The notes: a model not told the origin generated them from the letters alone. 64,000 bases of DNA from Candidatus Latescibacterota bacterium (GCA_965237675.1 OZ250150.1:2528001-2592000); one strand, 5' to 3'. Counted from the first letter of the stretch, positions 31,500 through 41,640 are shown. Numbers and translations are program-made.

Positions 31500-32282
31500 C
31501 TTCATCCAGCAATTTTGCATAGACGTGACGAGGTGCAGCATCCGCAAATCGTTCGCTGTTGAGGACGTCCAGGATCTGTGTGCGTTCCTGCTTCTCCAAT
31601 GCACGTGACGGCGTCGGTCGCTGCTTGGACAGGTTTTGTTCCGGTTTTTGCCGTGTCTCTCGGTGGCGGTAAACACTGGATCGAGGCACGCCCAACACCT
31701 GACAGGCACGGTCGACGTCTATGGCCAAAACCCCAGCTGTCTGTCTCATTTGCCGTCGGCCTTCTCGGTCACATCGTTGCCCAGCCCAAGCAACACCGAA
31801 AGTTTTTTTTGGACGTCGATGATGACTTCGGCCTGCTCCAGCTTTTTGGCAAGCCGCTCATTCTCAACGCGCAACCGGGCAAGCTCTTTTTCTGACGGAT
31901 CCGCCCCAGGACGGCCACGCTTCTTCGTTCCCAATTCCCCGGCTTCCCGCTGCCGTCGCCATTGGGTCAGACTGGAAGAATACAACCCTTCCCTGCGCAA
32001 GAGGGCTCCGATCTGTCCGGGCTGGGTACAGGCATCAGCCTGCTTCAGAATGCGCACCTTATAGGTCCTGGTGAACCGCCGTCGCTTGGCCTTGGGTACC
32101 ACCTCAGGATCCGGCACTTGATCCGCGCTGGCTGAAACCGACGGCTTGACCCCCGCTGCCTTCACCCCGTTTTGGGGCGACGTCTTTGCTGCTGTATCCA
32201 ACATGGTCTCGTGCTCCTTTGCCCTCTCGATTGCTCACTGATTTACGGTGGACCGTTGTCTCGCTAATATAGGCACAGAGGG
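31500..32282 (-). mobile_element. Truncated IS3-family element (orfA 31746-32204 intact, orfB cut after ~80 codons)
   Basis: orfA PDPEVVPKAKRRRFT...GALLRREGLYSS; orfB ACQVLGVPRSSVYR...LNSERFAD...VYAKLLDEG then lost; end sequence CCCTCTGTGCC...GAGACA near 32282. Confidence 0.85.
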
Positions 32283-32284
32283 TC

Positions 32285-32486
32285 GAGCAGAAACAGTGGC
32301 GGATGATTATCAAATGACGTCAGAAAAGGCCAAAGGACAATATCGGCAATACCTGGAAGTCAGCGAGCTCTGTGAGTTGGCGATGAATATGGAGAAGGAG
32401 TCAGTAAAATAAATGCCGCCCACCCCGGAACATCGTCTGACTACAAATGAAATTCGTATCAGCTAATCGGATCGAACATGCCTTCA
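32285..32486 (+). pseudogene. Degenerate second copy of the 31287-31484 micro-ORF and its 3' flank
   Basis: Shares GGATGA(C/T)TA, CAATATC(A/G)GCAATAC, GGAAGTCAGCGAGCT and GCTAA.CGGATCGAACATGCCTTCA with 31302-31504; lacks the start and has an internal TAA. Confidence 0.8.
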
Positions 32487-33058
32487 GGGAATGAACCTTT
32501 GGAAAGTTTCAAAGTAGAGGTTTCCATAGTGCCCAATCCCAGCTGGCTTGACCAAAATCTGATAAAGCGCCTACACGCCAACTCTAAGTAACCCTTGACT
32601 ACCTCCGAGACCGAGAATTATGAGCGCGTCGATTGACACCAATATCGGAAATATACTCGGTTCTGCTCGTGCCGAAGTCGATTCCCGAATGCTGGATCAA
32701 GCATTTCTAGAGACAAATGACTTCCGTGCGTTGAAAGACACAGACCACTTCAGCTTTGTCGTTGGGCGTCGGGGAACAGGAAAAACCGCTCTGTATCTCA
32801 ACCTAATGAAAGTGTTTCAGGATGATGATAGAGTCTTCTCTCACCACTTAATGCCGGAAGAACACGATGCGCTTGCACTCTTGAGTCTCCTTCACAGATA
32901 CGGCGTAGACGCTTATAATGAAATTAGGGCGACTGTACGTGTGCTTTGGCGTACATCGATGTTGATCACGGTTGCGAACGATTTATGCAGCCATTGGAAA
33001 TACGGTGCGAGCGCAGATGCGCAATGGTTAAGGAGCTATGTGGATGGAAAGAGAGGGC

Positions 33059-34483
33059 GGGATTGTGCCTATCTTAGTTGAAATAGAAGAGGCTCCGATG
33101 TAAATTGGATACGGCAGTCTCGACGAAGAAGACCGTATCCTCAACCAAAGGAGCCTGTGATGAAAAAAGTACCGTCGAACCTCCGTGAAGTCAAGTCGAA
33201 TAGGGATGCCGGGGTGACGTCTGGCGCCTTCCTGGGAGAAGCCCTGGAGGATGTTGACGTCCGTGTGGCATTGATCCAAGCGCTGATCCCGCTTGGTCTG
33301 GACGCTGTGGCAGAAATCTTGCAGCAAGAGGTTGCCGGGTTGACGGGCAAGAAACACAGTCGTAAAGCGGGCAAGACCCCGAATCGTCGGTGGGGCGCTC
33401 AACCGGGATCGGTGTATCTGTCGGATCAAAAAGTGCCCATTACGGTGCCCAGGGTGCGTGACGTGGAAGCCAATGAGGAAGTTCCTCTGGAGGTATATCA
33501 CCACTTGCAGCGACCCAGAAACATGGACGGAGGGTTGCTGCTGCGCGTGGTCAGCGGCATTGCGACGCGTTCTTACGCCAGTTGCGCAGAGGCGATACCC
33601 GAGGCGTTTGGCTTGTCTTCATCGAGTGTCTCGAGGCGGTTCATCAGGGCATCGGCGGCCAAGCTGAGACAGTTTCAAGAACGGTTTCTTTCGGGCTATG
33701 ACCTGGTGGGGCTGTTTATGGATGGCAAGACCTTTGCCGATCAGGAAATGATCATCGCCCTTGGCGTGACCATCGACGGGCACAAGATCCCGCTGGGGTT
33801 CGTGCAGGCCGCCAGCGAAAATGAGCGCGTGTGCCGCCAGTTTGTCGATTCGCTCATCGATCGCGGATTGCAGTATCACCAAGGGCTGCTTTGCCTCATC
33901 GACGGCTCAAAGGGCTTGTATAGTGCCCTCACAAAAGCCCTTTCCGGTTATGTCGCCATTCAACGCTGTCAGTGGCACAAACGGGAGAACGTGATCGCCT
34001 ATTTGCCCAAGACACAGCAGAGTGAGGTCAAGAAAGCGCTTCAAAGTGCCTACGACATGGACACCTACAAAGAAGCCAAAGCCGCGCTGTATGCCCTCAA
34101 GCCCTCCCTGACCCTGATGAATGCATCGGCCCTCAACAGCCTGGAGGAAGGGCTCGAAGAAACCCTCACCCTCCATCGCCTGGGACTGATGCCACAACTC
34201 AAGCAATCGTTTCGCACCACCAACTGCATCGAATCCCTCAACGCCATGATCGCACAGCGCACCCGTAATGTGAAACGATGGAACAACTCCGATCAGCGAT
34301 ATCGGTGGTTGGCAGCCGCGCTGTTGGATATCGAGCCCCGATTGCGGAGGATCAAAGGATACCGCTTTCTTCCCGTACTCAGACTTGCCCTACGCAATCA
34401 TCTCGCGCTCGATCATGACACGCAAAACGCTTTCGCCGCTGATTGAACGCCTCTGCTATTTCAACTAATAATAGTACTTGCCC
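33059..34483 (+). mobile_element. Complete IS256-family insertion sequence with 8-bp target duplication GAGAGGGC
   Basis: Imperfect IRs GGGATTGTGCCTATCTTAGTTGAAATAGAAGAGG / GGGCAAGTACTATTATTAGTTGAAATAGCAGAGG; TSD at 33051-33058 and 34484-34491. Confidence 0.95.
33157..34446 (+). CDS. IS256-family DDE transposase
   Basis: VPRVRD, FMDG, IDGSKGL, QRCQWHKRENV, RTTNCIESLN. Confidence 0.95.
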   Translation: MMKKVPSNLREVKSNRDAGVTSGAFLGEALEDVDVRVALIQALIPLGLDAVAEILQQEVAGLTGKKHSRKAGKTPNRRWGAQPGSVYLSDQKVPITVPRVRDVEANEEVPLEVYHHLQRPRNMDGGLLLRVVSGIATRSYASCAEAIPEAFGLSSSSVSRRFIRASAAKLRQFQERFLSGYDLVGLFMDGKTFADQEMIIALGVTIDGHKIPLGFVQAASENERVCRQFVDSLIDRGLQYHQGLLCLIDGSKGLYSALTKALSGYVAIQRCQWHKRENVIAYLPKTQQSEVKKALQSAYDMDTYKEAKAALYALKPSLTLMNASALNSLEEGLEETLTLHRLGLMPQLKQSFRTTNCIESLNAMIAQRTRNVKRWNNSDQRYRWLAAALLDIEPRLRRIKGYRFLPVLRLALRNHLALDHDTQNAFAAD

Positions 34484-36332
34484 GAGAGGGCTGCTCAAAT
34501 ACAATGAGCTTCAGCGATGTACCGCGATTCTAGACCAGCTTTCAATCGATGACTCGTATGTACAAGAAATTCCGGGCAAGATCGCCACGACATGCGAGGT
34601 AACCAAAGTTGACGAGGAAGTGCGGCGCGGCCTGGAGGGTGTCGGAGCGAGGGCAGTTTTCTTATTCGATGGCTTGGATGAAGGGTGGGTACCGGATCCA
34701 AGACCAACGGCGGTGCTTGGTGGTCTCGCAATAGCCGTCGCGGGGTTTGGTGATAAACAAATGCACATTCATGGTGAGCTATTCATAAGAGACAATATTT
34801 TTCGTCTAATGGCTACACTTGATCGTGATTTTTCCCGGCACATTGAAGGAAGTACACTGAGGCTGAACTGGACTCAGGACAGTTTGCTTGATCTTATCGC
34901 CAATCGATTACGTGTAGTATACGGACTTCCCAAGGTAGAAAACAATATTCGTATCTGGAACCGTTTCGCTCATAAGGAACTCAAGGAAAGACGGGGCTTT
35001 CAAAGATGTTTGCAGCATACTCTTTATCGACCCCGAGATCTGTTGGTACTTTTGAACCAAGCAGCATTGCACGCAGCTCGTGAAGGACGTCAGGGAATTA
35101 TCGAGACTGACATTGAGGAGAAATCAAAGCAAATTTCATCGGATAGGTTGACGGACCTACTGAGAGAGTATGAAGGTGTCTTCCCAGGGTTAAGGCTTAT
35201 CGTGAAAAGCTTCTTCCGCGTCCAGGCATTTCGGACAATGGCTGACGTGAGGTTAAAACTTGACAGTCTAATCCAAGACGAGTCCTTCCGCGTCCCTGAA
35301 TCCAGTGATATCGCGGTGTTAGGCACAAGTTCCCATATAATTGACGCTCTCTATAGTATTGGATTCTTGGGTTTAGAAGATCAAGCAACCGGAACGATAT
35401 CATTCTGCCACGACGGTGCGCTTTCAAGCATTTCAGATGTGGCCGAGAGCCAACGAATTGCCATTCATCCATGCTACTGGAAAGCTCTTGACACTATTGA
35501 AACAAGCATTTCAACTGACGTGGTAGTGGAGATATACGACGATTATAAAACACAAGGCATTCCTCAGATGGTCGACATGCGTGCGCGAAGGCTCGGCCAG
35601 CTTGTTACTGAATTGCCCAACTATCCAGAAGGACGTGATGGCGCTCAAGACTTCGAAAAATGGGTCCTGCGAGCTTGTCAGATTCTGTTCGCCGGCAGCC
35701 TGGGCAACTTTGAACTAAATCCTGCGCCTGATGGTATTCAAAGGCGCGATGTGGTAGAAACAAATCTGGCGGAGCGGGGATTCTGGCGGCGGGTACTGAA
35801 TGACTACGCGTGTCGGCAGGTGACATTTGAAATAAAGAACTTTGCGACACTTAAGCCTGACGATTTTCGTCAGGCGCTGTCGTATAGTGGTAAGCAATAC
35901 GGAAGGCTTGTATTTATTGTTTATCGGAGTAACGCCGAAGGATTGGACAACAAGGATCGTGGATGGGTTAAAGAGATGTGGGACCGGCACGATAAATTGA
36001 TCGTGACAATTCCAAGTGCGATACTCATTCGATGCCTAAAGAAAAGCAGGAACCCCAAGAGGTTGGATTATTCTGAGCGTGCATTGAATAAGAGGATAGA
36101 TACATTCGAACGACGGTATATTGATGCGCGTCATATGCCAATCCGGCGCGGCAAGAGCCGAAAAAAGAAACGGGCAACACTATCTCAACCTGAAAAATTC
36201 AATTCATCGTGAAATCCCATTTCCGCTTTCGAGCGGATTCTCGCGGACGAAAAAAACCTGCTATCACGTGTGATGTGTGCCTACCCCCTCTCCAATGAGG
36301 TTGCGCAAGTGACGAACTAAAGGAGGTTTTCG

Positions 36333-36656
36333 ATGCCCATTGACGACCAATACGTCAAAAACCTACCGGACATCTACCGCGATGTACTGTCAAGTTTTCC
36401 GAGTTTCGATTCGACCCGCATTGCTGGCGACGGCCTGGCTTACCAATCGCTGTATTCGGCTTTGGCGGATGAAAAGAAGGGATACACCCTCGGTCAAATA
36501 AAGAAGGCATGCGAAAACATGGCTGAGGTGGGTCTTATGGTGATTAAACATAGGATATTCGCTTGCCCGACACCAAAAGGGGAAGAGTTGATTTCCGCAA
36601 TAACGGGCCGCACGACACCTGTCTCGGACATACCACCCATCGAAGCCCCGCCATAG
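36333..36656 (+). CDS. Hypothetical protein, possible winged-helix
   Basis: Strong RBS AAGGAGG; helix pattern followed by GLMVIKHRIFACPTPKGEEL (wing/TxKG-like). Confidence 0.6.
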   Translation: MPIDDQYVKNLPDIYRDVLSSFPSFDSTRIAGDGLAYQSLYSALADEKKGYTLGQIKKACENMAEVGLMVIKHRIFACPTPKGEELISAITGRTTPVSDIPPIEAPP

Positions 36657-36739
36657 GTTGGTGGACACGTCCGGCGTATGGAAACTCAGCGCGTCATATA
36701 CAAACGACTGTACTATTCGACACGCAGGAGGACCCAGCA

Positions 36740-38278
36740 ATGACCACAACCCCCGGCTCAAAAAACCTCGAGTTGTCCGTGACCAACTTTGGTCCCATTG
36801 CCAGGGCAATTATTGACCTGCGCCCGCTTACAGTATTCGTAGGTCCCAGCAACACTGGCAAATCCTATATGGCCGTTCTGACTTACGCGTTACATCAGTT
36901 TTTCAATGCCGGCTCCAGTAATGCCGATTTTATCATACCCGACACGCAACTTTTAGCCGGGTGGATGCAAAGCCCAACTTTGTCGAAAAATGACATTTCA
37001 CCTATTTATAATTTGTCAAAGCAAATGTTTTTAGACTTAGAAAAAGACGTTTCAATTGATTTACCGGAGCCTATTGCAGATCTGGTGCGCAAATCTCTCG
37101 AAAATGTCCCGATATTAAGCAAAATTTTCGATAAAGAGATCACAAGATGTTTCGGGATAGATAAGGCCGAAAGTCTGATTCGCCATTCAAGTGGTGGCAG
37201 GGCTGGATTTTCATTACATGGCAATGGTTCAAAGGAAGCCGGCCGCAACCTCGCGTTTGGGTACGATTTTACAGTGACAAAGCGAGGAACTGAATTAGAT
37301 GTGTTGATTCCAAAAAATATGCCCCTGCAAATTGACCGGAAGAGTATCATAGACCCTACGTTGACCTGGTTGAACTCTGCCGAGGCAAGGAAAAAGGGCA
37401 CAGGAGAACAGTTGGTTGAAGGTGCCATGATTGGATTGCTTAGAATGCTTGCACGTGCCGTTGTTCCTGGCATCGTAGGCCCATTGAGTCGTCCGGCGTA
37501 TTATCTCCCCGCTGACCGGGCTGGCGTTATGCACGCCCATCAGGTGGCAGTGCGGGGTTTGATTGCAAGCGCCTCGCGGACCGTACTGCGCCGTGATTCT
37601 CCAATGCCAGTGATCTCCGGAGTACTCGGCGACTTTCTGGAACAGCTTGTTGCACTGGCCTCTTCTTCAGCGCGTCGGGAACCTGAAGGGGACAATGACC
37701 TCGCTCTGCGTATGGAACAGGCACTGTTGCGGGGAACTGTCCGTGTTGAACGGTCGGAAATTGAATACCCATCGTTCGTCTATCGCCCGGATGGCTGGAA
37801 TAAGGACCTGCCGCTGATGAATGCGTCTTCCATGGTATCAGAGTTGGCCCCCGTCGTGCTGTACCTGCGCCACGTCGTTCAGCCGGGCGACCTGCTTATC
37901 ATAGAAGAACCCGAGTCGCACTTGCATCCGGCGATGCAAGTGGAATTTGTCCGCCAACTCGCAGCGACGGTCAGGTCAGGCGTCCGAATCCTCATTACGA
38001 CTCACAGCGAGTGGATACTTGAAGAGTTGGCCAATCTAGTTCGGTTGTCGGAACTTTCCGCGGAGAATCGGGAGGGAATTGATTTCGCCGATTTGGAACT
38101 CTGTCCAGAAGAGATAGGCGCGTGGCTTTTCGAACGAGGACCGGAGATTGGTGGTTCAGTGGTTCGGGAAATACCGCTAGACGTTGAGTCGGGGACATTC
38201 CCAGCAGGCTTTGGGTTGATTACAGAAGGTCTCTATAACCGATGGGGCGATATTTCCAACCGCATTGGGGAAAGATAA
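36740..38278 (+). CDS. ABC/SMC-like AAA ATPase (AAA_15/AAA_21 type)
   Basis: NFGPI, LTVFVGPSNTGKS (Walker A), YLPADRAG, ASSMVSELAP (signature), IIEEPESHLHP (Walker B), ITTHS (H-loop); RBS AGGAGG before ATG 36740. Confidence 0.9.
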   Translation: MTTTPGSKNLELSVTNFGPIARAIIDLRPLTVFVGPSNTGKSYMAVLTYALHQFFNAGSSNADFIIPDTQLLAGWMQSPTLSKNDISPIYNLSKQMFLDLEKDVSIDLPEPIADLVRKSLENVPILSKIFDKEITRCFGIDKAESLIRHSSGGRAGFSLHGNGSKEAGRNLAFGYDFTVTKRGTELDVLIPKNMPLQIDRKSIIDPTLTWLNSAEARKKGTGEQLVEGAMIGLLRMLARAVVPGIVGPLSRPAYYLPADRAGVMHAHQVAVRGLIASASRTVLRRDSPMPVISGVLGDFLEQLVALASSSARREPEGDNDLALRMEQALLRGTVRVERSEIEYPSFVYRPDGWNKDLPLMNASSMVSELAPVVLYLRHVVQPGDLLIIEEPESHLHPAMQVEFVRQLAATVRSGVRILITTHSEWILEELANLVRLSELSAENREGIDFADLELCPEEIGAWLFERGPEIGGSVVREIPLDVESGTFPAGFGLITEGLYNRWGDISNRIGER

Positions 38279-38760
38279 TGCCAGCGACGGTCGTAGAATC
38301 GGTCCGGCGAAAAACTGATCCGCAATGTCACGCGGCAACGTGCAGAGAAGGTAAATGCTCGCTATCGCTGCGGGAAGTACCAGAGCCGAACGTGCTAATC
38401 AGTTTGGAACACGAAGCGGCGCCGGTTGAAACAAATAAACCACGTTGCGACTATTTGTTCGTGGCTGACAACGACGAAGATGATCGGCCGTGGGTTGCGC
38501 CAATAGAACTAACCGGAAGCAAAGCTGACTTTTCCAAGTTTTGGCCACAATTAGACGCCGGCGCCGCTATCGCAGACCAATTACTACCGCAGCAACTCAT
38601 GGCTGTAAGGTTTCGACCTATTGCAGTTCACAATGGCATTCACCGGAATGAAGTCAACAAATTTCGGGATTCTCGCAACAAGGTTCGATTTCGAGACAGA
38701 ACTGTGTCAATTGAACTGACGCGTTGTGGCTCGCCATTGGCAAAAGCATTGAGCGGATGA
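38278..38760 (+). CDS. Putative PD-(D/E)xK-like nuclease partner of the ATPase
   Basis: TAATG overlap with the ATPase stop; CREGKC, RCDYLFV, WVAPIELTG, QL motifs. Confidence 0.55.
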   Translation: MPATVVESVRRKTDPQCHAATCREGKCSLSLREVPEPNVLISLEHEAAPVETNKPRCDYLFVADNDEDDRPWVAPIELTGSKADFSKFWPQLDAGAAIADQLLPQQLMAVRFRPIAVHNGIHRNEVNKFRDSRNKVRFRDRTVSIELTRCGSPLAKALSG

Positions 38761-38839
38761 ACAAAGCCTTCGAGAACGATATTCAAGGAAATTTAGAGAA
38801 GGCGTCCGCTATACAACGCATTCATGGAGACACGATACG

Positions 38840-39106
38840 ATGAAGAGAACGTTGACCATCGACTACGGCGATGAGGTCCTGCTGGCCTTGGGATATTCAC
38901 CCAGGCAGTTCAGCGAAGAGGCCAGGATCCTCGTCGCCGTCAAGCTCTACGAGTTGGGACGGTTGTCCTCGGGGGCGGCAGCCAAGCTGGCAGACATTCT
39001 CAAACCATTGTTTCTGATAAAGTTAGCTGACTATGGTGTTGATGCCTTCCATCTGACCGAGGAAGACATCGAACAGGACTTGGCCAGTGCCCGACGTCAT
39101 TTGTGA
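38840..39106 (+). CDS. UPF0175-family antitoxin-like protein
   Basis: AVKLYELGRLSSGAAAKLA...FL.KLADYGV...EQDL. Confidence 0.8.
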   Translation: MKRTLTIDYGDEVLLALGYSPRQFSEEARILVAVKLYELGRLSSGAAAKLADILKPLFLIKLADYGVDAFHLTEEDIEQDLASARRHL

Positions 39107-39145
39107 TACTTCTCCTATCCAGTACCTGCACCAGGGCGACGTGAT
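39087..39145 (+). pseudogene. N-terminal stub of DUF3368 (PIN-like) toxin
   Basis: GTG-PDVICDTSPIQYLHQGD overlapping the UPF0175 3' end; homology ends where the R-M remnant begins. Confidence 0.65.
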
Positions 39146-39259
39146 CCCATCGTCGGACGCCAGGACGAGGCCGCCTTCGGCCGTTACCTCATCCGCAAGA
39201 TGATTTTGGCATACATGAACGCCCTCTCGGCAGCGGATACGGAGACGCTGGTGGACGTG
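39146..39259 (+). repeat. Diverged copy of the last ~38 codons of the type IIG R-M gene
   Basis: Translates PIVGRQDEAAFGRYLIRKMILAYMNALSAADTETLVDV versus PIVRREDNKAFGRYRTREMILAYMNALDAGDTETVMDV at 31080-31193. Confidence 0.9.
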
Positions 39260-39385
39260 TGCCTGCGCTCCGTGCCAATATATAGTGAGGTTTTGTTTTC
39301 GCGTTCTTCAGGCAGCTGAGCTCCTGAAAGTCCGTCAGCAGCTCGATTCCAGGGTCTCGGCCCGAATCTCGGCGTCGACAATTGA

Positions 39386-39425
39386 AAAAGCCGCCCATCA
39401 TTAACGTGGACGGCTTTTGTTTTTC
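39386..39425. terminator. Probable intrinsic (possibly bidirectional) terminator
   Basis: AAAAGCCGCCCA-loop-TGGACGGCTTTT followed by GTTTTT, between convergent units. Confidence 0.6.
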
Positions 39426-39508
39426 CCGGGCCGCGCTCTGAATGAGTTTTTCTCTTTTCCTATAACTCCGTGATTACCCCTGTTTTCTTGCAGGATGGTC
39501 TTCGCGCT

Positions 39509-40450
39509 TCACGGCGTCTGAGCCCCGATTGTTTCGACGTAGACCGAGAACAGCGACTGGGAGCAGGTCATGAACAGCCTGTTCTTTTTTGCGCCGCCGA
39601 AGCAGAGGTTCGCGCAGGGCGCCGGGAGGTGGATTTTCCCGATGAGGGTGCCGTCCGGTGCGAAGCAGTGCACGCCGTCGTACCCATCTCCGGCCCAGCA
39701 GGCCCCCGCCCACAGGTTGCCGTCCACGTCGGTGCGGATCCCGTCCGCCGAGGCGGGTTCCATGTTGATGAAGACGCGGCCATTTGCGAGGCGGTCGCCA
39801 TCGACGTCGAAAACACGGATGTGGGTGGGGTATTCGGGCCCATCGGAGCGTCCGGTGTCGACAATGTAGAGCAGGGACTCATCGGGGTTGAAACAGAGCC
39901 CGTTCGGCCGCCGGAAGTCTCCCGCCACCACGGTGGCTTCCCCGGTGTCCGGATCGAGACGGTACACGTTGGCGGCGTTTTCGAATTCGGCCCGATGCCC
40001 TTCGTAGTTGATCAGAATGCCGTAACCGGGGTCCGTGAACCAGATCGATCCATCCGACTTGACCACGACGTCGTTCGGCGCATTCAGCGGCCTGCCCTCA
40101 AACCGGTCCATCAATACCGTGTTCGAACCGTCGTATTCCGTCCGGGTCACGCGGCGGGTGTCGTGTTCGCACGAAACCAGCCGTCCCTGGCGATCGCGGG
40201 TATTGCCATTGGTATTGTTCGACGGTTTGCGAAAGGCCGAGACGTCTCCCGTCTCTTCTTCCCATTTGAGGATGCGGTTATTGGGGATGTCGCTGAAAAG
40301 CAGATAGCGGCCGTCTCCAAACCATACCGGACCTTCGAGCCAGCGGCCGCCGGTCCAGAGCATTTCGACGGCGGCGTTCGCCAGTTTGTACTTTGCAAAG
40401 CGGTCGTCGAGTACCTCAATCCGGCTGTCGGGATATCTCACAAGTTCCAT
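39509..40450 (-). CDS. SMP-30/gluconolactonase/LRE-family protein
   Basis: WLEGPVW, FSDIPNNRI, NGNTRDRQGRL, LNAPND, PNGL, DGIRTD; start ATG 40450 (MELVRYPD). Confidence 0.9.
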   Translation of the reverse strand: MELVRYPDSRIEVLDDRFAKYKLANAAVEMLWTGGRWLEGPVWFGDGRYLLFSDIPNNRILKWEEETGDVSAFRKPSNNTNGNTRDRQGRLVSCEHDTRRVTRTEYDGSNTVLMDRFEGRPLNAPNDVVVKSDGSIWFTDPGYGILINYEGHRAEFENAANVYRLDPDTGEATVVAGDFRRPNGLCFNPDESLLYIVDTGRSDGPEYPTHIRVFDVDGDRLANGRVFINMEPASADGIRTDVDGNLWAGACWAGDGYDGVHCFAPDGTLIGKIHLPAPCANLCFGGAKKNRLFMTCSQSLFSVYVETIGAQTP

Positions 40451-40494
40451 ATTTTCGCCCCTGTCACGACAATCTCTCATGTAATAGCCTCTGT

Positions 40495-40880
40495 TCACCG
40501 CGCAAGCGCGCAGGTTGCCGCCAGCTTGATCCGCCGGCCCTTCGGATTGTGCGTCAGGCCGTCGAACCCCCAAGTCCTGACGCCGGGCCAGTTGATCAGA
40601 TCGATCCGCACACGCTCGATGTCCCCCGGAACGCAGGAACCGTCCGTGACATTGTCTGGACATGAGATGCGGTCCCACACCGCGTTCAATTTCCTCGCGT
40701 CGCCGTTATAACCTTCTCCGTAGAGGCGCACGACGTCGTTCTGTGGCAGTGTGGCGATCACGTTTTTGAAATCGTAACGCCAGAAGTCGAAGGTCACGTC
40801 GACGTCCGGGTCTGCAATCAGCACCACACCCACGTTATAGGTAAGCGCCTCCTCGGGTTTGAGGTCGGCGTTTCCACAAG
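40495..40880 (-). pseudogene. Internal fragment of a TonB-dependent receptor
   Basis: GNADLKPEEALTYNVGVVL...DFWRYDFKNVI...INWPGVRTWGFD barrel strands with no signal peptide, plug or C-terminus. Confidence 0.7.
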
Positions 40881-41640
40881 CATCGATGGCCTTGTACACG
40901 CCTACCGGGTCTATGTATTCCAATGTCGTGCGTACATCCGTGTTCAAATCGTCCACCGACGGGGTGCGACAAGGTTGTCTGAACCGAGCCGCGCATACGA
41001 GCAATGGAAGATACCTTCCGCGGAAGTCCATGGGAAATCCGCGTTTCAATGTCTCGGGCCTGACCATGCGGCGGCCCGTCCTCTCCGCCAGGGTTTTACA
41101 AGGCCGGAAAGACGACAATCGCCATGAGCATTGCATCACGACAAATAGCAGCGTCGGCGCCGGTTTGTCAATGGGTTTTGCCCGTTGACGCCCCCCGGAT
41201 ACCCATCCCGCGTGCCCGTGTAGGGACGGTGTCCGGAAACCCACCGCGCCTTGACAAGCCCCGTGACGCCCCTTATATTCCAGATAAAACCCCTGGTGAT
41301 CAGACCCGAGGAACGGCCCGTGGAATGGAATTACGCGTTGATTGTTGGACTGATCGTGGGAGGTGCGGCGTGTTGGGCGGTGCAGAGCTTCCTTTCCAGG
41401 GCTCGGATGACCGTCCCGACCTGACGGTGCGGTTCGCCCAACGGGTTACCGATAACGAGGACAACTTTCTTCAAGTCCCGGCTATATATAAACAGGTTTC
41501 AACTTCCCGGTATCGGGGGACTGCTGCCGCAGACCTGCAAGCCAAGAAATAGTTCCCGCCTGCCCGTTGACGCCTCACGGGATCCACGGCCGAGACAAGG
41601 GCGAATCATTCGATGCAGATCGGGCGGCTTCATCATTGAT

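Larger units (their letters stand above)
32620..36212 (+). pseudogene. P-loop ATPase (Sll1717/FunZ-like) fused to C-terminal restriction-endonuclease-like domain, interrupted by IS256
   Basis: Walker A GRRGTGKT in the 5' part; Walker B FLFDGLDEGW, IRDNIF and RPRDLL in the 3' part; FEKWV...RRDVV...FEIKN...QALSY nuclease pattern. Removing the IS and one TSD joins ...YVDGKRG|LLKYNE... in frame (2160 nt, 719 aa). Confidence 0.85.

Noticed and set aside
34443-36212. Independent 589-aa gene
   Set aside because: Its TTG start lies inside the IS256 right end; it is the 3' part of the gene starting at 32620.
38759-38772. Possible third R-M 3' remnant (AAAGCCTTCG)
   Set aside because: Only about 10 bp match 31105-31114, with no extended peptide similarity; could be chance.
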